From Laetmonice hystrix (lineage: Eukaryota), in the NCBI GenBank assembly GCA_965235115.1, contig OZ249440.1, positions 33,730,001-33,794,000 of the forward strand: 64,000 bases of DNA. The letters are read 5' to 3'. A program made the position numbers and the translations under genes. Position 1 is the first letter of the stretch. Each line of letters opens with the position of its first letter. Below the pieces are notes generated by a model. That model ran no database searches. It saw nothing but the letters and a program-made list of their open reading frames with translations, and was not told the origin of the DNA. Shown here one piece after another: positions 52,182-64,000 of the stretch.

Positions 52182-52620
52182 ATGGATTACGTACGTCACT
52201 TTAGAAACATGCAGCTGGGGAAAATACACCCAGACAAGAATGGCGTGTGGAGAGTCAGACATGGTATGGCGGCTACGGGGGTCGACCAGAAGGAAACTTT
52301 GCAAGGTAAAAGGGCCAGTCCGGCACAGCGGAACGTTGAGAGAGTCAAGTCCAAAAGGAGGAGGGGAGCGCCTAAGCGTAACAGCGTAACAGCGTAACAG
52401 CGAATAAGAAACGTCCTGCCAAGAGAGAGACCCCCTCCCCCGTAAGAGCCCATCAGCCAATCAGAAACGCAGAGAGAGGCCCACCAATAGGAAAGGAGGA
52501 AACGTCCCTGCCAACAGACGTTGTGGCAACCCACGGGGTACCAGTACAACACCAACAAACAAGAGGCAGTATATGAGTGGACGGCAACAGGCAAAGTACC
52601 CGAATAGAGTTAGACAGCTG
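52182..52620 (+). pseudogene. Basic hypothetical protein upstream of the major capsid gene
   Basis: MDYVRHFRNMQLGKI start; Arg/Lys-rich; frameshifted by a TAACAGCG repeat. Confidence 0.45.
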
Positions 52621-52626
52621 TAAAGT

Positions 52627-53924
52627 ATGGCCAGTCACGGTGACAGCATATCGCTGTTTGGCGTTCCAGCATATGACGACACTGTAAGAGGCATTGAATG
52701 GGTACAGCATAGACCAGTAGGACAACTGAATTCTGACGGAGCTTTGGAGTTTAACGTGTCTGGAAACAGTACTAAATACATAGACTTGAAAAACACGCGC
52801 TTGAAAATTAAGTTCAGGATCGTTCAAGGCAACGGGAAACCGGTTCCCTCCATGCATGGCAGCAAACTAGTTAACGACGTTGCTAAAGTGGGACCCGTCA
52901 ACCTCTTCCTGCAGAGCATGTGGCGCCAGGTGGACGTCAGTCTTCAGCAACAACTTGTGTCTCCGAACATTTCAACAAATTACCCCTACAAAGCCTATTT
53001 GGAAACATTGCTCAATTACGGGCGGGATGCCAAGGATACTCAGATGCAGTCACAGCTATACTTCAAGGACATGACCGCCATTGACAATGTTGACCCTATG
53101 GATACACCTAATATAGGGCTGATCACGCGCAGTGATCTAACAGCCGGGAGTAAGATTGTAGACGTAGAGGGGCCAATATACACGGATATATGTCGACAGA
53201 ATCGCTGGCGTTCAAGTCAACTTTAAGTTCTGGCCTAGCAGCAACCCGTTCAAATTGTTGAGCCCAAACACTACAGCAAATTACACATTGGACATTCAAG
53301 AAGCCATGCTCAAAGTGTGTATGGTCGAACTTGCACCTGATGTGATGCTAGCACATGCCGAGACTCAAGTATGGTCCTGCCAAATACTTTTATGAACGGA
53401 CTGACATGAGAGCACATGTTATAGCTAAAGGACAATATAGCTGTTGTTTGGAGGACATTTACCAGGGCGAGGTACCTAACAGACTCATTGTAGGTCTTGT
53501 GGATTCTGATGCCTTTATGGGTAATTACAATAAAAACCTGTTCGATTTCAAGACGTACAACTGCAACTTTATCAGCTTTTATGTGGATGGGAAATCAATG
53601 CCTGCAGAACCCCTTACGCCCAACTACAAGACCGGTAATTACCTGTCAGCTTACATGACTCTATTCCGAGATAAATACATGGAGAACTTTGGTACTAACA
53701 TAACGTGGAGCGATTTCGTCAATGGATACTGTTTGTATGTTTTTGACATCTGTCAGACACATTGTGAAAAGTACACGCAACGTTTAATGAAAGGACATAC
53801 GCGCTTGAAATTGAAATTCGCCCGGCCTTTGCCAGAAGCCGCGACTCTGATTGCATGTGCTAACTTGCCTGGACTTTTAGATATAGATGAAGCCCGCAAT
53901 GTTACGATGGTAGAATCCAAATGA
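52627..53924 (+). pseudogene. Major capsid protein (Polinton PY / hexon-like double jelly-roll), frameshifted
   Basis: LEFNVSG..YIDL..TRL, PVNLFLQSMW, YPYKAYLETLLNY, P.RLIVGLV..AFMG, GYCLYVFD. Confidence 0.88.
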
Positions 53925-54983
53925 TAATGTGTGTAGTTTGGAGAAGCGAGGGTGTAGATTTTTTCATTTGTATTGGGAAAATTGTAAGGTGTATGTTTTT
54001 TTATGTGAACAATGTAACGATGGTAGAATCTAAATGATGATGTCTATACTGCGTGTACTTTGGAGAAGTGCAGAATTATGTGAAAAATGGTACATGTATA
54101 TTTACACAATTATTGTAATTCATTGTTCTACAAATAAACCCTGTCATCATATTGTATACACATCTACGTTATGTCTTACACACACCCCGACGACTGTCCT
54201 CAATCCACCGTTTTAAACCATTGCCGGTGTTATGCAACCCTAACTAGATTAATCATCTCCGTCTTTAAATCTGTCAAGGTTAATCATCCCCGTTTTTAAA
54301 TCTGAACCACTGAACCCGATCTAGGTTAATCCTTTGACCTCATTCCCTGTTTTAGCCAGGTCAAACTATATATAGATATAGCTCATTAGTGAGCCATTCA
54401 TCTCTGAAGTCATTACGCAATGTTATGTCATAGCCACAGACGCCCCCATACTACTAGTAACTAGAACACAACCGCATGCCGACCACCGAGATTGGCCAGG
54501 GACCAGACAACCCAGGCGGCTTCGCATCCCACGTCCCCGTCGTCCACTGCAAATACGTCGTCAGGGTAGTATGTCAGTGATTTTTTAAAAGAGGAGATAG
54601 AAGGACTTTTTGCTGACTTTACACGGGAATCGGGAGATGAGTATCAAAGGGTTTACGCCATGCCGGCATCTTGAGTAAAGCTTGCTTAAGTAAACTAATA
54701 GGCTTCTGATAGGCTGGTTTGCTTAGCCAATCAGAAGCCTATAGTTTACTTAAGTAAGCTTTACTCAAGTTGAGAATTTTTGAAATACTGGGCCTTGATC
54801 TAGATATAGTAGATATATTTGAGAGGTTTATCATTTTTCATTGGTTGTCATTTAGTTTTGATACAAAACACATAAAGGTGTTTTTTGTAGCATTGATACA
54901 AAATACATCAAGGTGTTTTGTAGCATTGATACAAAATACATCAAGGTGTTTTGTAACATTCTCTTACGAACTGCCTCTCTAAG

Positions 54984-55588
54984 GTACCAGAGAGTATCCC
55001 GATGGAGATCGCCTGCATGTTGCCTTGCTCAGCGATAACGGCCTACAATGCCTTGCTGAAAACTCGAGCGTCCATGGAGAGTGCTCTGGCTGTCCGAGGG
55101 TTGGCCCAGCTCCTGGTGACGGGCGCTGGAGGGGTAGGCCTGTGGGCCATTCAGATCGCCAAATATCTCTATCCTGACTCAAAACGCGTCACCATTATAG
55201 CCGCCGACATCGGCGAGGAGCGACTGGCAATCGCTAAAGAATACGGTGTGAACGCGACCATCCAGTGGGGCCCAGAGAAACCGATTGCCGACAATATCGC
55301 GGTTACTACCAGCAACGGCGAGCGAAAATTGCGCTGGGTAGTTTGCACCACGGGGGGACCCTAGTGATGTGCGGGTTTTTTGGTGGTCACCTGTCGCTTC
55401 CACTGCCGATGATGGTCGCTAAGACGTTCAGCATCCAAGGATCGTGGGTAGCCCCTATTAGAGTTGCCGGGTGCCGCTTTTCTTACCCCTCTCTGGAATA
55501 CTATGATTTAGAAAACGTAAACATTGCCGTGGAGAGGATGAAGAAAAGGCAGATAAAAGGTAGAGCATTGTTTAAATTTGTGGACTGA
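54984..55588 (+). pseudogene. Zn-dependent alcohol dehydrogenase (MDR family) last exon, with deletion and frameshift
   Basis: ag|VPESIPMEIACMLPCSAITAYNAL, GAGGVG, GGTLVMCG, IKGRALF; frame change near 55330. Confidence 0.8.
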
Positions 55589-56305
55589 TCCCAAACTCAT
55601 TTAAACTGGCATTTTTTTATAGGGCAGGAATTAAATTAATAGTCCTACCTATAGACGATCCAGACATATATAGGCAAAGAAATTCGCCTATCATTCTGGT
55701 CGGCTCTGTAAATGATTGCGTAGTTACAGAAAATAAAGGCTCCTTTAAACCCAAAATTATGTTTGTTCTCCTTCCCTGCATAATATAATGACTCTCTCTC
55801 AAAAAAAGTTTGGAAATATTTTGTCAGTCGCCTATATCTTGGTTATTTCTGACCTGGTCATAGCATATCACATATCAATGGAAAGTTATTTCATTCCTTT
55901 TCACAACGACATCCGATGTAAATAATAACTTGTTGGCGGCTGAGCAACTCTGTTGTGCTGTTGTGAATGCAGGTGAGGTCTTTCCAGTCGAATCCCATAT
56001 TACATACTGGATAAAAAAAAACATCAGTCTGGGCGTATCCCGTATGGGATACGGGATTAATGCTGTTTTGAATGGTCAAAGGTCAATGGTAAAATTGTCA
56101 GCAGTCAAACACCTTCCAAAATAATAATTTTTTTGTGTGAGTCTAACATGTTTTCTATCATATCAAACTTGCTTAAATAAATTCTATGGACTTTTTTCCC
56201 CTGTGCATTTTTTGTATAATTTTGGCCGAAAATCCCGCAGCCCCCTGGCAGGGTACTGTGCCAGGCTGGAAGGGTACAACAAAAATCTGCCAAATTTGTC
56301 TCATT

Positions 56306-56374
56306 ATCCCATTCACCCTCAAGGTGAATGGGATCTTGAAATTGTATGGTTTCATCTTCCTTCTTTTTATTCCC

Positions 56375-56441
<67 letters not shown>

Positions 56442-59304
56442 TTAACTTTGTACCCTTAATTGGTATTATTTTTTTAGATATCTTAATGAAACTTGGTCCA
56501 TAGGTTGGGCATGGGTAGTCGAGTAGGCCATATGACCCATGACGTAAAGACGTAAAAACCCGTTCCATGTATATGAGCCTCTATTTCATGGTAAATTGGA
56601 CTTTTTAAAAATCTATTGATAGGATCATTATTAGTCAAGTATCTTGCAAGATTTTGCAGGGCAGTTTGACCTTTGACCTTTGACTTGTATGAGAACTAGG
56701 TCAAAATGTATAAATCGCTTAAACAGAATCTCGTCTCTGAAATTTTAGAAAAATTTCATCAAACAAGTATAAAAGAAGGACATTAGACAGCTTAACAAAA
56801 ATCAATGGGGAATAAGCGATATGACCTATATTAAGCAAGTCACGTGACCTCAAAGTTGAGGAAAACTGGTCAGAAGTCGGTATGTGGCTATAACTCAAGA
56901 ATGGTGCAAGATAGAGGCAAAGTTACTATAGAACACGTATAGGAAGTCATCCTCTTTCATTATGCACCTTTATTTTTCAGGTCACGTGACGTGACGTCAT
57001 AAGGAGGTCACCTATATTTCCCAAGGGCTATAACTAGTGAATGGTTGAAGGTAGAGCCATAGTTACTATTAAACACTAATAGAAAGTCATATACGTTCTT
57101 CCATTAGGCCCATTCGACTGGCCGTTTTCGTGAAATAAATTTTCATCTGCGCAGTGACCTAGTTTCTGAAAAGTTACTTAACGCAGTGCAGCCACTAGAA
57201 TGATATCGTGCTTCACAGATTCACCTGGCATACGCCTTGATAAGGTCAAGGGTGGAAACCATGGCAACAGCAGACGATTTCAAAGATGAAACCACAGATG
57301 CCACTTAGGCTGCCGACACTATCTGGCATACTCTTGAATCCTTGCCCTATATCATTTAAGGAATATGATGTAGCATAACATTGGCCATTTTAATGGCTAG
57401 CCTATAATAGGCCTATGTCTTTATCTGTCCATTCCTATCCTTAAATTCAGCTGAGAAATATTTTATTTCAATTGGCTAATTACCGAAATCTACCGAAATC
57501 TATACACACTGCTTGGGGGTCGATTTCAGTAGGTGGAGATCGATTTCAGATTTCGATAATTAGTTACACCCGTTTGGCGGTCGATTTCGGTAGATTCCAA
57601 TAGATCCTATTTAGATTTCGGTAGATTTCTGTAATTCTTATTTAGATTTCGGGAGATTTTGGGCGATTTCGGTAATTTTTCATACTGGCCCGGGCCATCT
57701 TGGCTGGAACTTCACGAACTTCACGCAGTCAAGTCTCCGTGACATTTCGTTGAGCACGAAATTTCACGAAGCAGCCAGCCGAATGTAATCATTACTTAAC
57801 GAAAAAAGATACTTCACGAAAACGGCCAGTCGAATGGGCCTATTGTGTACCTTTATTTTCCTGGTCACGTGACCTATGACGTCATACCTAGGTTACCTAT
57901 ATTTTCCCAGGGCTATAACTTGTAAATGGTTGAAGATAGAGCCATAGTTACTATTAAACACGAATAGGAAGGAAGTCATGCATGCTCTTTCATTATGCAC
58001 CTTTATTTTTCAGGTCACGTGACCTATGACGTCATAATGAGGTCACCTAGATTTTCTCAGGGTTATAACTTGTAAATGGTTGAAGATAGAGCCATAGTTA
58101 CTATTAAACACTTATAGGAAGTCCTATATGCTCTTCATCGTGAACCTTTATTTTTCAGGTCACGTGACCTATAACGTCATAATGAGGTCACCTAGATTTT
58201 CTGAGGGTTATAACTTGTAAACGGTTGAAAATAGAGCCATAGTTACTAATAAACACGAATAGGAAGTCATATATGATCTTTCATTATACAGCTTTATTTT
58301 TCAGGTCATGTGACCTAATGACGTCATAAGGACGTGACCTATATTTTCCAAGGGCTATAACTAGTAAATGGTTGAAGATAGAGCTATAGTTACTATTAAA
58401 CACTAATAGAAAGTCACATATGGCCTTTCAAATGACATGATTTTCATTTAGGTCACGTGACCCTATGTGACCCTATGACGTCATCAGTATTTTCAGATAG
58501 CAGTTACTTGAAAATACAGCCAGATAGGCCCATAGTTACTATTGAAGACAGATAGGAAGTCATATATGGCCTTTCAAATATCCCCATTTTTATTTAGATC
58601 ACGTGACCCTATGTGGCCCTATGACGTCATCGGTATTTTCAGGCGACTGCAACGAGCCAGATCGGTACATGGTTACTTATTAAACTCATGGGACATCTTA
58701 TATGACCTTTCATTTCCCGTCTATTTAAATGCTGTCATGCAACACCATCTGGCTCCATTATTTTCAACCAAAAATTAGTGATATTTCGAAAACGGCTAAA
58801 GGTATCAATGTCTAGTTTTCACCATTGGGTTTATGATGAAAAACTTGACCCATTTGACCTGAATTTGAAAAATCCAAGATGGCGGCCAAGTTGACCTAAT
58901 TTCCGATTTTAACACCATTGAATTGGGTAATAGGTCGGCTGTCTCTGACACCGAAATGGCTTCACTAAAATCAATAGTTTCCATGCTATGGCCCCTCAAA
59001 GTTGGCCATTTTAGGTTATTTTCAACCAAAGATCAATGATATCTCAAAAATGGTTAAAGATATCAATGTCTGGTTTTCACCATTTATATATTGCAGTTAC
59101 TATTGAACATGGATAGGAAGTTAACACGCTCTTCCTACTTCATACTGATGGTAAATGGTCCCCTCTCAAATCTGATCATCAGTTTGACTTCTGGCCATTG
59201 ACCTTCATGGGTCAAAATGTAAAAAAAAATCACTGTTCATCAAGAATTTATTCCTCTCATTTTGTGAATGGGATACCTGTGCCCATGGCACATTGACACT
59301 AGTT
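56306..59304 (-). mobile_element. Helentron-type non-autonomous element related to 42044-46245
   Basis: Hairpin ATCCCATTCACC-N5-GGTGAATGGGAT, (GTA)n, GTGAATGGGAT again at about 59263, tandem repeats of about 120 bp at 57845-58640, about 1.2 copies of the 258-bp unit at 58765-59085. Confidence 0.72.
57107..57840. mobile_element. MITE with 28-bp TIRs, TA-flanked
   Basis: GGCCCATTCGACTGGCCGTTTTCGTGAA and its reverse complement. Confidence 0.85.
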
Positions 59305-61314
59305 ATCTATGTGCTGCACAGAACAACCAATCATCTAACAACCAGCTACATGTCAGTAAGAAACAAGGAATAAACAAGACACATGGGTACGTTTACGCTT
59401 TATTCATTTAACTCATGATTCATTAAACAAGCAATTAGTCAGTGCTGAGGCTCTGTAACGAATGGAAGAGCCAGACATAAAAATTATTTCTGCGGATTCA
59501 AAGAGCTTTCCAATAAGGTTTTTAAAAATCGAATACGCTCACTCATCACTTTTGACATATCGCTTTCCATAGTCGTAGCTCTAGTCTAGTAGGACTATGT
59601 TTTTCTTATGTCGTCACCGGAGTGCCATAGACTCTCCTGCAAAGAGTTTCGCGTCCAGTTTATGGGAACCTTCTGGACACTAGGCCCACGCTCACATTCG
59701 CGCCCATTTGCTGAAATGAACGCTCACAGATCCCACACGGGACTCTGGGCAAGCCACAGGGGGTAACGAGGACACCGGGGCGAACTACTTTCACCGTAGC
59801 ACATGGAAGACATGGCTTCCCGCGTGACACCAGTCAAACCGGCGGCGGGTAAGCTCAAGACAGTCAACCAGCGTAAGTTTAATTCAAGACCTGTTCAACA
59901 ACATCAGCCATCTTGCCGGCGGGCACGCACTACTTTGTATCCACGGCAGGGGTGTTGGCAGAACTGAGATAAGGGGGGGGGGGGGGTCCGACTGAGATGG
60001 CAGTTATACATCTGGCCTAAGAATAATAATTTTGGGGGACATAGTTTCAACTTCACGTATCAAAACAGGGGCGGATCCAGGATTTTGCAACTGGGGGGGG
60101 GGGGGGGGGGGGGGCTAGATACATGTGAGACCGGCGCGGTGAACCCTGGGAGAGATTGGAATACAGAGAGTATTTAATCCCCCCCCCCCCACTGGATGTG
60201 AAGTCGTTATGATACAGTCTATTACAGACGCGAGTCCTGATCGGTGCGAATCCCTGCCAGGGGGTTCGGGGGCACCCCCCCCCCCCGAAATTTTTTTAAA
60301 GCTAAGAGTAAAATGGTGCATTCTGGACACCTTTTACATCAGAGAAATAGGCCTAAAAATCCAAAATTATTGGTCTGGCGAGTGCCCGACCTGCCCGACC
60401 ACTTGCGCCGTCCCTGATTTTGCGCTTATCATTGCTCCAAACCTGTATCTCGCCTGAGAGCCACAGGTGCCTGCCAGCCCGGCCAGGTGTACGTGGTGAT
60501 TCCACCGCTAGCCGGAAGGCGGCAGTGCAGTCAGCGCCGCTTCAGTGGAGCTGCGCTGCACCCTGGTGTTTTCTGCCTGCAACACCTCTGTGTAATCTTT
60601 CTTTGTTTGTTTGTTACTTGGGGATGGAATATCTGATATAGAACAGGCGCACAACGTCATTTGCCATTGTTAACTAAACCTTTACGGCAAACAGTCATTG
60701 GGACGACCTGACAACGTTGTCGGACGCTTACAGATGGTCTGTAGGAGACACAGATTAGATGGGAGTAGATGATAGACAAAACGTATGGCCTGCCTCCTGT
60801 ACAATAAAGGCATGGTAACATGAAACATGAGGCGTCCCTATACTACTGGCTACTCTTGTATACAAGCAATCGGTACAGGGAGGCCAAACAGTACAGGGAG
60901 AAATCGATACAAGGTATACTGGCTGGCCTAGCACCCAAGCGAACACTACAGTGAGGCCAAAGAGTACAGTGACGCCAAACTGAGGGGGCAAGCAGTGTGG
61001 GAGGCCAACCAGTAGAGTGAGAAGTCCCTACATCTTACCGGCTGGCCTATAGTAGCCATGCAAACACTACAGTGAGGTAGTGGAAATGAAAGGTACAGGC
61101 GAGGAGCATCTAATGTTAAAATATGGAGAAAATACTCAAATGGGAAGTGTACACATCACAACCATATATCTGTAGCGAACGTACGAGACCTATACGTTTG
61201 ACAGTTATACATCTGGCCTAAGAATAATAATTTTGGGGGACGTAGTTTCAATTTCACGTATCAAAAATGTAGCCCTTTTTCGCTTAGCAGTGCTCTAACC
61301 TGTCTCTCGTCTTA

Positions 61315-64000
61315 TGCCCGGTGCACACTACACGACTTCTAATGCCCGGTGCACACTATACGACTTCTGAGACGCGACAGTTGAGTTGCTATTCTTCCCG
61401 ATTCCCGATTAAAGCCTGGCGCGTGCACACTACACGATTTCTACGACGAGACACATGCACACTATGCAACTCAACTGCCAGCCCATTGCCGCGATCCTGG
61501 TGTTGAAAACTTGAACTACTTATAATTGCGCGCACGTCACGACGCTCACCGTCACATTTTAAGCTTGACTTGGCACAGTAGCGTCTCCAGGGGGAAAATT
61601 ACTATATTAAGGACATTTTTGAAAAAAAATGAAGTATATATGATAAGGAAATCTTCAGATTTCCGCACAAGACGTCCCGAGATTAGGCTACATTATTTGA
61701 TGTTTTTTTTAATTTCCAGAGGTACATGGCCTAATGGCCATCTCTGAAGTAGGCCTACGTAAATTTCGGAAACCCCCTTAAAAATTTCTGGATACGCCAC
61801 TGTGGCACCACCCTTGCACTTGCCCTTATTGTTGTGCTTCGACTCCGAAGACTGCATATAGGAAACATTCCAAGAACTTTAGGAGATAATGGGTAACATA
61901 GGTGGCGGAAGATAAAATTGGTTGCCGGGGTTGTAAATGACATAGGTCAACAAGTTCCAAGATTTGAAATGCGGGCGCAAAGTCTCGAGCGGGGGGGGGG
62001 GGGGGGGGCTGAAAAAAAAATGAAAACTAAAATGTCAACTCAGCGTTTTCCTACATGAAACGTTCATGCGGCGGGGGGGGGGCAGTGGTGGATTTAAGCT
62101 GGGGGGGGGGGGGGCTATCGGGGTTGCAACACCCCGTTACGAAATAATTTTTCTTTTTTTCCTGCTTTTTGTTCACACAAAACACACATACCCCGCACCT
62201 ACACCCCTACATCGCCCCCCCCCCCCCCTTTGGACCCTCGCAACACCCCCGTTGGCGCAAACCTGGATCCGCCCTTGTAGGTGGTTCAGGAATTGTCCCC
62301 GTCTTTTTTTCATTTGGGGAGGCCGTAAGTTACACTATTTTCCGGTATCTGGACACAAAATTTTCATGGAAATTGCTTCAAAGATGAAAGTGTGTATATG
62401 GGGGTAATTTGGGGAGGGGGGATCAGTGAAAGTTTAAAGAAGGGCAAAGGAAGGTGGGAAAAGATTGGATAGTCATTTTCAAGGGGGAGAATCACCTCCA
62501 CCCATTTGGATCTGCCCCTGCGTGGCTATAATATTATTAGGGCGCAGGGGGGGGGGTGAAGCCTATTAAATCCCACCACGCACACTTTTCATTGCGAGGT
62601 TGCCACTCCCCTCCCCCCCCCCCCCCCCTCTCCCGGTTCCACCGCCTATGGATAAGTCCCCACGGGCACAAACGAGACGACCAAGGTGTTTGTTATATGC
62701 TGCGGCCTGGTCTCCGGGAGCGAGATGTCTCTGTGTCACCTGATAAATTTGATTTAAGAGTAGGCTACTGGGTTTGGTGTCAGTGTCACCCATCAAGGCA
62801 TTCATGCATCCATAGGGTGTTACGTGACAAAATTTCTGCTCTGTGATTGGACCATGTGTTCCCGACGATCGAGTCGCGTCGGGAATACCACGCACACTGA
62901 CAACTGCAATCGTAGAAGTGGTGCACACTACACGACTGTTGTTGGGCCCGATTCGTTTTTTGAATCGTATAAGACTGCGGGTCGCCGACTCGAAACCCGT
63001 CGTAACTCGTCTTATCTAGTCGTCGATTACATGCACACTACACGACTCTCAGTTGGCGATTGCTAAGACTGCCGATCCCCGACTGTCGCGTCTTAGAAGT
63101 CGTGTAGTGTGCACCGGGCATAAGACGCGACAGTCGGGGATCGGCAGTCTTAGCAATCGCCAACTGAGAGTCGTGTAGTGTGCATTTACTCGCCGACTAG
63201 ATAAGACGAGTTACGACGGGTTTCGAGTCGGCGACCCGCAGTCTTATACGATTCAAAAAACGAATCGGGCCCAACAACAGTCGTGTAGTGTGCACCACTT
63301 CTACGATTGTAGTTGTCAGTGTGCGTGGTATTCCCGACGCGATTCGATCGTCGGGAACACATGGTCCAATCACAGAGCAGAAATTTTGTCATGTGACACC
63401 CTATGGATGTATGAATGCCTTGATGGGCGACACCAAACCCAGTAGCCTACTCTTAAATCAAATTTATCAGGTGACACAGAGACATCTTCGCGCTCCCGGA
63501 GACCAGGCACAAGATGCCTATAAAAAAACACCTTGGTCGTCTCGTTTGTGCCCGTGGGGACTTATCCATAGGCGGCGGAACCAGGGGCAGATCCAGATGG
63601 GTGGAGGTGATTCTCCCCCTTGAAAATGACTATCCAATCTTTTCCCACCTTCCTTTGGTCTTCTTTAAACTTTCACTGATCCCCCCCCTCCCCAAATTAC
63701 CCCCATATACACACTTTCATGCTTTGAAGCAATTTCCGTGAAAATTCTGTGTCCAGATACCGGAAAATAGTGTAACTTACGGCCTCCCCAAATGAAAAAA
63801 GTCGGGGACAATTCCCGAACCCCCTCCAAGGGCGGATCCAGGTTTGCGCCAACGGGTGTGTTGCGAGGGGCCAAGGAAGATGGGGGTGTAGTTTGGGGTG
63901 TGTATGTGTTTTGTGTGAACAAAAAGCAGGAAAAAAGAAAAACTATTTCGTAACGGGGTGTTGCAACCCCAGTAGCCCCCCCCCCCCAGCTTAAATCCAC
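61315..64000. mobile_element. Same-family element (copy A) in opposite orientation, TIR split by copy B; extends beyond the window
   Basis: TIR tip at 61315-61339 continues at 63124; 63121-64000 is the inverted homolog of about 62088-63094. Confidence 0.82.
61343..63120. mobile_element. Harbinger-type non-autonomous element (copy B)
   Basis: TIR TGCCCGGTGCACACTA(C/T)ACGACTTCT.AGACGCGACAG; TAA TSD at 61340 and 63121. Confidence 0.88.

Larger units (their letters stand above)
47840..53924 (+). mobile_element. Degraded Polinton/Maverick (adintovirus-like) endogenous element, partial
   Basis: Compact intronless co-oriented ATPase, integrase-chromodomain, minor and major capsid genes; no pPolB, protease or TIR seen. 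Confidence 0.92.

Noticed and set aside
56137..56568. Poly-Ser/Thr/Val ORFs
   Set aside because: Translations of a (GTA)n microsatellite
60001..61266. 65-bp direct repeat at 60001 and 61202 as LTRs
   Set aside because: No TG..CA ends, PBS or PPT; looks like a local duplication among MITEs
62088..64000. Fold-back assembly chimera
   Set aside because: Arms are diverged and both junctions have a TAA duplication, fitting a real nested insertion

Overview
Eukaryotic (animal, probably marine invertebrate) DNA made almost entirely of nested, mostly decayed mobile elements; no intact host gene is visible. Main contents: (i) two copies of a Gypsy LTR + tRNA-His-like PBS + gag start (1-1.9 kb, about 36-38.8 kb) and a Gypsy pol followed by two paralogous C2H2 zinc-finger ORFs; (ii) a spliced PIF/Harbinger transposase spread over 11.7-22.9 kb by nested insertions; (iii) inside it, a 5'-truncated CR1/L2-group LINE (13036-17620) with a nearly intact APE-RT ORF2 and a complete NADAR (YbiA-like) domain in the ORF1 position, the most interesting observation here; (iv) a degraded Polinton/Maverick (adintovirus-like) element at 47.8-53.9 kb with packaging ATPase, integrase-chromodomain, and minor and major capsid genes; (v) Helentron-type non-autonomous elements, one carrying a 258-bp satellite with a 5-mer higher-order repeat; (vi) SINEs and MITEs, including a MITE inserted into the TIR of its own family, and an alcohol dehydrogenase pseudo-exon. 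All family names come from motif recognition by eye, not database searches. Coordinates without TSD or splice-site support are approximate, and some frameshifts could be sequencing errors.
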